A stretch of 64,000 nucleotides of DNA from Longimicrobiales bacterium (GTDB lineage: Bacteria > Gemmatimonadota > Gemmatimonadetes > Longimicrobiales > Gaopeijiaceae): positions 800,001 through 864,000 of the forward strand of contig CBDAON010000004.1 in NCBI GenBank assembly GCA_965198065.1, written 5' to 3'. Shown here in pieces: positions 43,901 to 52,817 of this stretch. The first letter of the stretch is position 1. Every line of letters begins with the position of its first letter. A program made the position numbers and the translations under genes. The notes below the pieces were generated by a model. It was not told the origin of the DNA, did not search any database, and was given only the letters and a program-made list of their open reading frames with translations.

Positions 43901-44446
43901 GAGCCGCCTGGAGGCCGCCCGTCGGCGATCCTTGTACTTCCCGATCCCCGCCGCTTCCTCGAACAGGCCCCGGCGCTCTTCCGCACGGTCCGAGAGGATC
44001 ACGTCGATCATCCGATTCTCGATGACCGCGTACGCGTTGGTCCCGAGCCCCGTATCCCGACACAGGTCGTGAATGTCCTTGAGTCGGCACGAGGACCGGT
44101 TCAGGAAGTATTCACTCCTGCTGCCGTCTCGATAAACCGTCCTCGCGAACTCCACTTCCTGGAAGGGGACGGCCAGGACGCGATCCTCGTTCCCCACCTC
44201 CATCGAGACGGAGGCGCGGTTCACGGGACGGCGGTTCACGGTGCCCTGGAAGATCACCTCCTCCATCTTCGCGCCTCGAATCGCGGTCGGGCGCTGCTCA
44301 CCCAGGACCCACCGGATGGCGTCCGCGAGGTTCGACTTGCCGCAGCCGTTCGGACCCACGATGGCCGTAATGCCGTCGTGGAAGACGATCTCGGTCCGAT
44401 CCGAGAAAGACTTGAAGCCGTGAAGTCGGAGGGCTCGGAGCTTCAT
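40925..44446 (-). CDS. smc: Chromosome segregation ATPase SMC
   Basis: GFKSF, GPNGCGKSN, coiled coils and hinge, LSGGE and MDEVDAPLD. Confidence 0.97.
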   Translation of the reverse strand: MKLRALRLHGFKSFSDRTEIVFHDGITAIVGPNGCGKSNLADAIRWVLGEQRPTAIRGAKMEEVIFQGTVNRRPVNRASVSMEVGNEDRVLAVPFQEVEFARTVYRDGSRSEYFLNRSSCRLKDIHDLCRDTGLGTNAYAVIENRMIDVILSDRAEERRGLFEEAAGIGKYKDRRRAASRRLERAEVDLQRLEDLIGEVQSKVRSLARQKGKAERFGELRRRRLDVEMTLTRAQLAELERSLRDVQTALAGDVADEAGLHGRVAAQESGLETLRIEEASAESERSDSASRVEAIRADLARWERELAVAEEKVEHAEKRMARIDVERSEARGRAAQTETRQSSVTEDIRLRRAELAQVQDEFERHEAEALGIRDALSLARDAVADVEGREREAARRLAQLHGDAEASEARKGELTGRIGQLDRELSEAREALSEAESQGDLFADRVATLFADVETARRGVEEKLAAVGEARPRLQRARDVEMNAQDLCGRLAAERAALDRMERDREGVDPAVRAILERDEDGVLGILADFVMADPEMTATVETSLGVLLKAVVVRDASTASRLAGWFREEWGGGGGLILLPLDRVPPGGGRGGVLDRISPEGAGAPWVQALLDGVELVSPVALATDSTTSGDPLARDGAWIDRRGAFWLGNPQGSSGLLDRRERLRALAVELGRAEDELSRARADREGLASAADTLEEEAERSRSALRDTEDAHRAARAEATTHSEQRTRLEQSIVELESQLAHARSARARGEERAAEGERERESLLLEEESLRERRGETRDRLDEVQERWEASRAREATLTVERTRLEGEDARLVERAEELDRALAEAGTKVEALDRERAELEDEAERIQNLRQEGGAETEALFARLSESEHALGSAEGTLGSLRERVREAEREAKEVRSLEREASEKRHLLELEAQDIAGRDERLRDRLEAEWGRPLQELLDEAGQVDGSPEELQEELREVVEALGRLGPVNLLAVEEHQEEGARLAFLKEQRDDLVRARNDLREAIREINQTATRIFTETFEAICARFQETFHHLFEGGECDVRLADPEDPLESDVEIHAAPRGKRTQRIDLLSGGERALTALSLLFGIYLVKPSPFCVMDEVDAPLDEANIGRFIRLLSGFKEKTQFVVITHNPRTIEAADWIYGVTMEEAGVSSVVGVRLDEAPQVAGV

Positions 44447-45771
44447 CCCCGTGCTTCGGATCTGGCGTCGGGATGGAACAGCGCGAAGGGGGGACTCGAG
44501 ACCGCGATCCCGGTCGTGGACATGAGCCCCGGGATCGTGAAGTATCCGAGCCAGGCGCCGACGAGCACGAGAGCCACGACCAGGAGGAGGAGCACAAGCA
44601 GGAGGGGGCTGACCGCTCGATCCTTCTTCCCCTGCCCCTCCGGGGCGACGCCGGTCGGCTCGGCTTGACCGCGCGCCTCGCCTTCCTCGAACCACTCCTC
44701 AGTGAACGGGGCCGGCGCGGGCGCACGAACGGGTTCGGGTAGCGCGGCGGGAAGGCCAGACGGGGGCGCCGCCGCCTCGGCATCTGGCGCTTCCTCGACG
44801 GCCTCCTCGACTTCGAGCCCTCCCTCCGCGTCAACAGCCCCCTCCACGCCAAGGGGCTCCTCTTCGACGTCCTCCCCGAGGTCAACCGCGCCCTCGAGGT
44901 GAATGGCTTCCTCGACGTCGACAACCTCCTCGACTAGGCCCGGCCCGTTCGGAAGCTCCGTGCCGACGTCCTCTAAGGCGGTATCCCGGGCCTCTTCCTC
45001 GAGAGTCGACCGGCCCTCTTCCTCCTCAGCTTCCCCTACCTCGAGGGGAACGGACCTCTCCAGCTCGAGCGCCCCGCCGGAACCTTCGGCCTCCGGCGCC
45101 GCGGCTTCGAGCGCGTCCGCCGACGGGGCGAGGGCTTCCTCGCTCACCACCTCCTCGACCCCGCTCGCGGTCCGATCTACCGCTTCCAAAGCCTCGTCCG
45201 TCCGAGACGGGGGCGTTGTCTCGGGCGCCACCTTCGTCTCCCCCCCCACGGATGGCGCCGTGAGTCGGTAGACGCGGTCCCCCTCCGCCGCGAGCGCGCC
45301 CACGTCCTCATCTTCCGAGGGAACGTAGAGCACAAGGACGCTCCCCGACTCGCGAAACGCGGCGAGGAGAGAGGACCAGCGGGGGTGGGCGTACACCCGA
45401 CCCACGTCCGCCACGACCGTCCCGGCCGACACGAAGAGGAAACCCGACCCAGGTGGCCTCCGCGCCACCCTGAACGGGGACGCGCCGTACAGCACCATGT
45501 CCGAGAGGCCTTCACCGTCCGTCACACCCACGACACCGTCGAGGCCTGCGCCCGCGAGGTCAGCATCAGCTAGGATCACTCGCCGGCCGGCCGCGCTCCA
45601 TCCGCGAGCGATCGCGATCGCGGTCCGCCCCGGCCAGCCCTGGTCATGTGCGTCCTCGTCGGCCAGGAGCACCACGACTTCTCCCTGCTCGGACGCTGGA
45701 GCGGCGAGGTCCTCCGGGACCGCTGGATACGTCGGATCGACGAGGATGACGTCGGCGGGGTGGCGGGTCAT
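44443..45771 (-). CDS. Hypothetical protein: degenerate MinD/ParA-like domain, acidic linker, C-terminal TM
   Basis: AIARGW..GRRVILADADL...GEGLSDMVLYG with no Walker A, then a very E/A-rich linker and LLLVLLLLVVALVLVGAWLG. Its stop overlaps the smc ATG. Confidence 0.7.
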   Translation of the reverse strand: MTRHPADVILVDPTYPAVPEDLAAPASEQGEVVVLLADEDAHDQGWPGRTAIAIARGWSAAGRRVILADADLAGAGLDGVVGVTDGEGLSDMVLYGASPFRVARRPPGSGFLFVSAGTVVADVGRVYAHPRWSSLLAAFRESGSVLVLYVPSEDEDVGALAAEGDRVYRLTAPSVGGETKVAPETTPPSRTDEALEAVDRTASGVEEVVSEEALAPSADALEAAAPEAEGSGGALELERSVPLEVGEAEEEEGRSTLEEEARDTALEDVGTELPNGPGLVEEVVDVEEAIHLEGAVDLGEDVEEEPLGVEGAVDAEGGLEVEEAVEEAPDAEAAAPPSGLPAALPEPVRAPAPAPFTEEWFEEGEARGQAEPTGVAPEGQGKKDRAVSPLLLVLLLLVVALVLVGAWLGYFTIPGLMSTTGIAVSSPPFALFHPDARSEARG

Positions 45772-45880
45772 TTCTCAACGAGTGTGAGGAAAGGGGCATT
45801 CTAGGGATCGTTCCATCGCTCCGCAATTTGATCCTCCCAATTTGACTTCGAGCGCACCGGTACCCCCCCCAGCACGTCGC

Positions 45881-46237
45881 TCATCCGAAATCTCGTCGAG
45901 GAGCGTCGCCCCAGAGAGCCTCTAGTTGGTAAAACGCGCGGGCCTCGGGGTGGAAGACGTGGACGACAACGTCGATGTAATCCGCGAGCACCCAGCGTCC
46001 CCCCGAGAGCCCCTCAATGTGACTCGGCGGAACACCTTCCGACTTGAGCTCTCGAACCATGTGCTCGGCAATCGAGCGAACGTGCACGTCCGAGGTGCCG
46101 CTGGCGAGGAGGAAGAAGTCGGTGGCGGAGGAGATCCCGCGGAGGTCGAGCGAGACGACGTCCTGCGCCTTCCGTTCCAGCGCGAGCTCCACCGCGCGTT
46201 CAAGGAGGGGGGGAGGGTCCGAGACGGGGCCGCTCAC
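45881..46237 (-). CDS. rsfS: Ribosome silencing factor
   Basis: KAQDVVSLDL, DFFLLASGTS and WVLADYIDVVVHVF..R.FYQLEALW. Confidence 0.95.
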   Translation of the reverse strand: MSGPVSDPPPLLERAVELALERKAQDVVSLDLRGISSATDFFLLASGTSDVHVRSIAEHMVRELKSEGVPPSHIEGLSGGRWVLADYIDVVVHVFHPEARAFYQLEALWGDAPRRDFG

Positions 46238-46271
46238 CGTGGAGGTAGGCGCCGTTCGGTCGGTGGCACCA

Positions 46272-46727
46272 TCAAGCGTCCTCCCGCTCCACCCTGACCT
46301 CGATGCTCACCTCAACCTCTGGCGCGAGTCGAATCGGGACCTGATAGACGCCAATCTCCTTAATCGGCTCTTCCATGAGCACGTGTCGCCTCTCCACCTC
46401 GAAGTCGAGGCCGCGAGCGCCAAGCTCGCCCACGATGTCGGCCACCGAGACGGACCCGAAGAGACGACCTTCCTCGGACGCCCTGGCCGTAAACGAGAGC
46501 GAGATCCCCTCGAGCTGCGAGGAGCGTCTCCGCGCCTCCAGGTATTCGCGCCGGCCGCTTTCCTTCTCGGCCCTCTGCTCCGCTTCCAGCCTCCGCACGT
46601 TGGCTTCCGACGCCTCGTACGCGAGGCCCTGAGGAAGAAGGTAGTTCCTGGCGTACCCGGATTTGACCGACACAACCTCTCCGGCCTGGCCCAGGTTCTC
46701 GATTGTCCTCTTCAGGATCAGCTTCAT
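46272..46727 (-). CDS. rplI: 50S ribosomal protein L9
   Basis: MKLIL..LGQAGEVVSVKSGYARNYLLPQG and GRLFGSV. Confidence 0.97.
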   Translation of the reverse strand: MKLILKRTIENLGQAGEVVSVKSGYARNYLLPQGLAYEASEANVRRLEAEQRAEKESGRREYLEARRRSSQLEGISLSFTARASEEGRLFGSVSVADIVGELGARGLDFEVERRHVLMEEPIKEIGVYQVPIRLAPEVEVSIEVRVEREDA

Positions 46728-46767
46728 GCACCGCTCCCGCGTTGTGAAAAGTCCGTCCCTCGTTTCA

Positions 46768-47700
46768 CTATCTCGGACCACCGCTCCCGGTCGACGGCAA
46801 GCGGGATCGCAGGTCGAGCCACGAGTCACCCATCCCGATCAGGAGCGCGCTAACGAGAAGCAGAGGTGCCGCGAGAAGAAGCGCCAACCCCAGCAGGATT
46901 CCGCCCACGAGCGACAGCCCCCCGAGGAAGAACACGACCACGCCGAAGCCCCTGAGGATGTAGAGGGCTCCCATGAAGGCCACGAGGTTCGTGCCCGCGC
47001 GTCCCCAGCCCGCAGTCCACCCGGTCGTCAGCACAAGCACGACTCCTGCGATGAAGACCCAGATGAGCGCGTCCGGGAACCTGAACTCGCGAAATGGGCG
47101 AAGCCCCTGATCCGAACGGGTCGTTAGGCGGAAGTGCAGCCACCAACCCACGCCCATGGAGGCCAGCGTGCTCAGCGCGACGAGCGAAGGGAACAGAATG
47201 CCCTGCAGCTCGGCCGTGCGAGCCACGGTTTCCTCCAGCTGCGGCCGAACGCTTCCATCAGATAGCGGCGCCACGAGGGCAAGGGTCTCGGAGACACTAG
47301 CCTCGATCCGGTTCACCATGAGAAGCTCCACCGCGTCCCAGCCGTCGGAGGTCAGCAGGATGCCGGCGCCCGCGGCCGTGCCGGCCGCCAACGACCAGAG
47401 CGCCCGCGGCAGGAACGGACGGTTCGGCCAGGCCATCGTGTAAGCTGCGAACGCGCCGCCCACGAGTAGCGCCCACCCCCGTTCCACGTACCAGAGTCCT
47501 CCGGCCGGCGCCGCAGCGAATACGACGGAAAAGGCGACCGCCGCGACGAGGACCGTGAACCACCTCCGCTCCGGAACAACCAGGGTCAACAGGGAGAACG
47601 TGACGCCCACGACGACCAGAGGCTGCCCTACCGCGAGACTGACGGCCAACGCGAAGAGGCCGATGGGCCGGAGCCAGCGCCGCTCCCGGGGTTCGTGCAT
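46768..47700 (-). CDS. YybS/DUF2232-like membrane protein
   Basis: Multi-TM protein with FREFRFPDALIW and GMGDSWLDLR; occupies the usual position between rpsR and rplI. Confidence 0.75.
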   Translation of the reverse strand: MHEPRERRWLRPIGLFALAVSLAVGQPLVVVGVTFSLLTLVVPERRWFTVLVAAVAFSVVFAAAPAGGLWYVERGWALLVGGAFAAYTMAWPNRPFLPRALWSLAAGTAAGAGILLTSDGWDAVELLMVNRIEASVSETLALVAPLSDGSVRPQLEETVARTAELQGILFPSLVALSTLASMGVGWWLHFRLTTRSDQGLRPFREFRFPDALIWVFIAGVVLVLTTGWTAGWGRAGTNLVAFMGALYILRGFGVVVFFLGGLSLVGGILLGLALLLAAPLLLVSALLIGMGDSWLDLRSRLPSTGSGGPR

Positions 47701-47716
47701 CCTCTCTCAGCGACTG

Positions 47717-48355
47717 TTAACGCCCGTGCTTCTGCACGTACGGGAGGAGCGCCAGGTATCGGGCTCGCTTGACCGCCCGACCGAGCTGCCGCTGGAAGCG
47801 TGCGGTGACCTTGGTGGTCCGTCGTGGCAGGATCTTTCCCTGCTCCGTCACGAAACGCGAGAGGGTGCCCACGTCCTTGTAGTTCAGGAGCTCGATCCGG
47901 GGACCCTCTATCCGGCGACGTCGGCCCCGTCCGCCGGAGAACTCGGGTGGCGAGGCCTCCCCGCGGCCGAAGTCCTCCTCCTCCTCCTCGTCCTCCTCGT
48001 CGTCATCCTCCTTCCGGGAGGGACTCGGCGGCGCCTCCGCGAGAACCGACATCCCCGAGGTGGGCTCACCTTCGCCGAAAACCACAAGATACCGGAGCAG
48101 CTCCTCGTCCAGCTTGAGGACGCGCTCAAGCTCGCCGATCGCGGAAGGCTCGGCCGTGAATTGGGCGACGACGTAATAGCCCTGGTGCTGACCCTTGACC
48201 TCATACGCGAGCTGGCGCATCCCCCACTGGTCCACCGCCGTGACCGCGGCACCGTCGCCGCCGGTCACAAGGCCGTGGAACCTGGCCAGCTTTTCGTTCA
48301 CCGCCTCCTCGCCCAGAGAGGGGTGGAACATGTAGACGACCTCGTACTCTCGCAT
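47717..48355 (-). CDS. rpsF-rpsR: Fused 30S ribosomal proteins S6 and S18
   Basis: MREYEVVY...[10 protein letters not shown]...GYY...LLRYLV (S6), an acidic linker, then [22 protein letters not shown]...[19 protein letters not shown] (S18), all in one frame. Confidence 0.9.
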   Translation of the reverse strand: MREYEVVYMFHPSLGEEAVNEKLARFHGLVTGGDGAAVTAVDQWGMRQLAYEVKGQHQGYYVVAQFTAEPSAIGELERVLKLDEELLRYLVVFGEGEPTSGMSVLAEAPPSPSRKEDDDEEDEEEEEDFGRGEASPPEFSGGRGRRRRIEGPRIELLNYKDVGTLSRFVTEQGKILPRRTTKVTARFQRQLGRAVKRARYLALLPYVQKHGR

Positions 48356-48361
48356 GGACAT

Positions 48362-48416
48362 GTTCCCCTTGGTCCGTGTGGTCACGGGCCCCGCCGGCGC
48401 GACGGAGCGGGTGAAG
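48362..48416 (-). promoter_or_regulatory. Candidate S6:S18 autoregulatory leader RNA
   Basis: RNA CUUCACCCGC-UCCGU...ACGGA-CCAA-GGGG: a stem, an unpaired CC, then an SD able to pair with the upstream CCC. Confidence 0.4.
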
Positions 48417-48669
48417 CCTGTGAAGATATGGGCTCTAGCGACCCGATTCAATCCGCTCCGGATCGAAGCGAACCTCCTCGCTGGTGAGCATCTTGATCCT
48501 CGTCACGGATCCCCGGACCACCGGGCCATGCTGGCCCATGAACTCCGGCTGCGCCATGCGCCCGAGGACGGCCAGGGCGCCAGCAGGCATGTTGATCACG
48601 CGACTCCGGCGGGCTAGGTTCGCCGCCCACCGTTCGAGCCCCGGCGCGAACTGCACAAGGAGCGGACCC

Positions 48670-48969
48670 ATGGAGTACAAGGACCCGATCGAGGTTTCCC
48701 CCGGGAACTACCGCCTCTTGCTCGAGGACGGGGACTACCGGATGGTCGAGATGTGGCTGCCCGCCGGCACGAGCGACATCGAGCACTCTCACCCGAACGA
48801 GATGGTGTACTTCATCACCGGAGGCAAGGTGCGGATTAACTTGCCCAGCGCCGATCCGGTGGAGCTGGAAATCCCGGATGGGCACGCCATGAAGCACGAG
48901 CCGTGGACACACACGGTGGAGAACATCGGGGACACGGACATCAAGGCCATCCTGTTCGAGCGTAAGTAA
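48670..48969 (+). CDS. Small cupin-domain protein
   Basis: HSHPNEMVYFITGG...HEPWTHTVENIG, with SD AGGAG upstream. Confidence 0.85.
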   Translation: MEYKDPIEVSPGNYRLLLEDGDYRMVEMWLPAGTSDIEHSHPNEMVYFITGGKVRINLPSADPVELEIPDGHAMKHEPWTHTVENIGDTDIKAILFERK

Positions 48970-48995
48970 GAGGGGTTTTGGGGCCGCGTGCGCCA

Positions 48996-49017
48996 GGGGA
49001 GCCCTCCTCGCTCCCCG
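48996..49017. terminator. GC hairpin between the cupin gene and the displaced ychF end (possible terminator)
   Basis: GGGGAGC...GCTCCCC inverted repeat; no clear U tract. Confidence 0.35.
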
Positions 49018-49200
49018 CCCGTTCCCCCCAACGCCTCCCGTCCGTCCTCAGACGTTGAAGCGGGACGCACGAGACCCCCGATCCGGCGAAGTCCGCCAGA
49101 TTCGGGGGCTTTCGGCTTTCGGGCCGCCGACTTCGGGGGGGTTTCCGCCGGTCGGTCTGTTTCGGATGCTGCGTCAGTAGGAATCGCTTCTTAGGCAGCG

Positions 49201-49699
49201 TCAGTCCACACCCTCAGCGTCATCGGTCACAGTTCGGGCTCCCGCGCGCAGGCGCCACAGGAGCAGGGTCAGATACCCTCCGCTCATTAGGATCAACACA
49301 ATCTGGTTCGCGGCGGGATGCACAATGACCAAAAACGCGAGTAGTAGAGTCGTCGCCGTTGCCGCCATCCCCAGAGCCCAGCGCTCTCTGCGTCTCACGC
49401 GGCGGTAGAGCATCGTGTTCACAACGCCACTGTACACGACGATCAAGCCGATAGTCAGCAGCCAAGCCCGGCGTGTGTCGTAGGGATCGTCGTTCAACAG
49501 AGGGATAGGGGCCACCGAGATCGAATGGAGGGCGCCGGCAACGGTCAGGAGGAGTCCGAACGTGAGAGCAACCGCGGCCGCCAAAGCATCCCCGGCTTCT
49601 GTGCCCGATCTCATAAAGTGACGCCCACAGGAGTGCGACGACAAGTCCCCAGAAGAGCGAGAGAGCTGCCGTCAGCGTGAGGACGTCTGAATTGTCCAC
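49201..49699 (-). CDS. Hypothetical multi-TM membrane protein, probably frameshifted near 49600
   Basis: Hydrophobic segments in two frames (DVLTLTAALSLFWGLVVALLW, then ALAAAVALTFGLLL...), with SD GGAGG before the GTG. Confidence 0.5.
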
Positions 49700-49934
49700 C
49701 GACGCCCCACCTCCCGCACGTCGAGGGTGACGCTGTCTATCGGATTGCGATTCTGATGCGCGACCAAGATGTGGACCGCAAGAGAAGGGTGCGATCCTCA
49801 TGCCTAGAATTGCTGGCCGAGGCGCCACCGCATGGAGCGCCCGTTCGCGCGAACGGGGAACGGAATCAAAGCCAGGCGCGTTCGGGTGGACACATGACGA
49901 TTCCCGTCCGGAGTTCGATCACCCTGAAGAGGAT

Positions 49935-50474
49935 ATGAATCCGATGTCCTTTCGCGTGAGTTACACTCGGATGCGCGCCGTACTCCCCGGAATCATGCTT
50001 GCGCTGTCCCTCGCCCTAGCCCAGTCGGCGGAGGCGCAGACCCTCAGCGCGAGGGCCTCGACCATGATCGGTCAGCAGCTGACGGGCGCGTTCACTGCCG
50101 ACAGCCCGTTCACGCCCGACGCGCCCGATCACCTGTGGTTCGACGTGGGCAACGGAACGTACCTCTTCCTCCACACGAATGAGCCCCTCGCTCAAGCCAC
50201 TGGGCTCATGTTCACCGGATGGGCGGTGGAGGGCCGGTGGTGCGCGGAAGACCAGCCAAGCCCGGAGTTCACACACTTCCATCGGATTGCGAGAGTGGGA
50301 GCCTGGGGTGCCGGCCACGGGGGCTCGACGCCCGGCGAGCCCGGCTACTGGCTGAAGCACGTCGCGCTGCGGCGCATGGAAATGCCGGCGATGATGGGGA
50401 TGCCGGCACGCACGATCCAGCCCGGTGCCGATGCCATGTTCATGCCGACGCGGGCGCCCACGTGTGGCGCCTGA
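49935..50474 (+). CDS. Secreted His/Met-rich hypothetical protein
   Basis: Signal peptide ending SAEA; DHLW, FLH, WCAEDQP, FTHFH, GHGG, YWLKH and MEMPAMMGM. Confidence 0.7.
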   Translation: MNPMSFRVSYTRMRAVLPGIMLALSLALAQSAEAQTLSARASTMIGQQLTGAFTADSPFTPDAPDHLWFDVGNGTYLFLHTNEPLAQATGLMFTGWAVEGRWCAEDQPSPEFTHFHRIARVGAWGAGHGGSTPGEPGYWLKHVALRRMEMPAMMGMPARTIQPGADAMFMPTRAPTCGA

Positions 50475-51013
50475 GCGCGCCTGGAGCGTCGCCCGCGGCA
50501 GCCTGCCTCCTCCTGCTTCTCGCGGGCGGGGCAGGCTGCTCGGGCGACGCTTCCGTCGCGGAGGGGGCGGAGAACAAGTTATCCGCGGCGACGGCCCCCC
50601 CCCTGGAGACGGACCCCCCGTTCATGACGGTCCGGGCAACCGCGGATGCCGACCCTGCCGTGGGTCAGGAGCTATTCGGGACAATCGGGTGCAATGGCTG
50701 CCACATGATCGACGGCGTGGGCGGCAGCGTCGGGCCGGACCTGAGCGCCGTCGGCGCGCGGCCATCGCGGGCCCCTACCCGTTGGTCGAGCACGGAGGCA
50801 TACGTGCGGGCCTCGCTTGAGGGGCCCTGAGATTACGTGGTCGACGGGTATACGCCGGACATGCCTCCGCCGGATCGGCTCGGGATCACGCGGCCGGACA
50901 TCGAGCATCTCGTGGCGTACCTGTTGATCCTTCGGGGCGGGGCAGTTCGAGGCCTCGATCCCGACTGGACTGAGACGCTGAGCGACCCGAGATTCCGAGG
51001 GGGCTTTCCATGA
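50462..51013 (+). pseudogene. Lipoprotein monoheme cytochrome c interrupted by an in-frame TGA (50828-50830)
   Basis: Lipobox-like GAGC, CNGCH, GPDL and YVRASLEGP*DYVVDGYTPDMP. The read-through frame ends at a TGA overlapping the next ATG. Confidence 0.75.
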
Positions 51014-51862
51014 CCAGCATACCAGTCGTAGACGCCGGCCGCGTCGCAATCATGTTCGTGGGGGTAGCGGTCGGAGTCGTGGGTTGTTCAGGCGATCCGA
51101 TTCAGGCGGGTTCGGGTGGTTCTGACGACCCGGGCGCGTGCAGCGAAGGCACGTCACGGCGTCGGCGGTGCTGAGCTCGGCGTGTCCGGGCTGCTCTTCA
51201 AGAACAATCTCATCATGTACGACCGGCGCAGTCCGGAGTCGCTCTGGCCGCAGATGCTCCGAAGCGCGCGTTGCGGCGCGAGTCAAGGCACAATGCTCGC
51301 CTCGTATCCGGTCTACGAGATGACGTGGGCGGCATGGCGGGAGCTTCACCCGGAGACGCGGGTCGTCTCCTCGGCGACGGTGTACGCGCGCAACTACCGA
51401 TCGTACCCATACGGTAGCTACGCCAATCTGAGCAATTCTCAGCTCCTCTTCCCCCTTTCGGACCCCATCGATGGGCGCCGCCAACCGAAGGAGCGGGTGC
51501 TCGGGATCCCGGCGGACGACAACGGGGGAGGCATCGCCCTGCCTTACGGCGCGCTGGACGCCCTGGGCGCTGTTGCGGCCGTACCGATCTCGGTCTCGGG
51601 CGTTGACTTGGTCGTTCTCTGGGACCGCCAGGCACAGGGAGCTATGGCGTTCCGGCCTGCGGTTCAGGGGCAGCCTCTCACCTTCGAAGTCATGGAAGAG
51701 CGGCTGATCGACGCTGAGACGGGCAGCACGTGGACCGTAACGGGGTTCGCGACGGACGGACCTCTTGCCGGGCACCGGCTCGACGCGGTTCCGGAGGCGT
51801 ACGTCGCGTACTGGTTCGCTTGGGCGGCGTTTCACCCAGACACGGAGTTGTGGGAATCAATC
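51010..51862 (+). pseudogene. DUF3179-family lipoprotein with an apparent internal deletion and frame change
   Basis: Lipoprotein-type leader (VGVVGC) in one frame; ELGVSGLLFKNNLIMYDR..ESLWPQ, TGSTW..G.A.DGPLAG and YWFAWAAFHPDT in another. The N-terminal half of the domain is missing. Confidence 0.65.
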
Positions 51863-52817
51863 ATGATGCCGGGAATTGTTCGCCTGGGGATGCCGAGGCT
51901 GGCGGGTTCGGTGGCGGTTGCCGCGGCCATGGTGGGCGCTCTAGCGGGTTCAGCCGACGCGCAGGCGATCTGTACGGCGCCGCACTCGGCGCCAACGCTG
52001 GGCGGAGGTGGTGCCATCAGCACCGCTGAACCACTCACGGGGTGGATGCAGGTCGCCGTATTACATCAACGATCTGATGACTTCTTCAACTTCCAGGGGC
52101 AAACCCAGGAGTTGATCGCGAGCGGCGGTTTCCGCACCACTTCTGCCTTCTTGAGTGGGGCAAACGGGCATCGTGGATGGCATGGACGTCTGGCTCCAGT
52201 TGTCGTTTCACGATCTTCGGTACTCCGACGAAGGAGGGGCACGCGACCGCGCGGGGCTCGGCGACATCCACGCCGCGGTCCGCGTGACTCCGGCTTTGTT
52301 CGGTTTGCCCCGCGTCCCGATGGCCGTCCGTGCCGGGGTCAAGGTCCCTGGCAGCGACTTCCCCATCGACGCCACCGTTATTCCGCTGACGGAGGGTCAG
52401 CGGGACTGGGAACTGAGTGTCGAGTCGGCGCGGGCCCTGAGAGCGTTGCCCGTCCACCTCAGCGCTCAGGTCGGATACCGGTGGCGGGAGGAACACCACG
52501 AGATCGCGCGGAAGCCCGGCGACGAATGGTTCGGCCAGGTCACGATCGGGAGTCAAATCGCGGGTGTGGCCGTCGCGTTGGGAATTGCGGGTCTCGAGGG
52601 TCGACCCCCGTGGGCACAGGGTCTCCTGCTCGATTCGGGACGTCGCCGGATGGTTCAGTTGCAGCCCGCTGTGAGTTGGGAGATGGCGGGAGGTACGATC
52701 GAGCTCAGTGGCCAGCTGGCGGTTGCCGGGCGCAACCTGCCCGCAGGCAACGGGTTGAGCCTGGGGTACGCGCTCTCCTGGGATGCGCGTCCTGATCCCT
52801 CGATCCGAGTGAGATGA
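51863..52817 (+). CDS. Putative outer-membrane beta-barrel (transporter-like), frameshifted near 52160
   Basis: Signal peptide ending ADAQ; GLGDI, GVKVPG, GQRDWE and GYRWR; alternating C-terminal LSLGYALSW. Confidence 0.55.

Noticed and set aside
51116..52795. 559-aa ORF as a genuine DUF3179-beta-barrel fusion
   Set aside because: An internal signal peptide and an ATGATG junction suggest two genes joined by an indel or lost stop; the ORF tail is out of frame.
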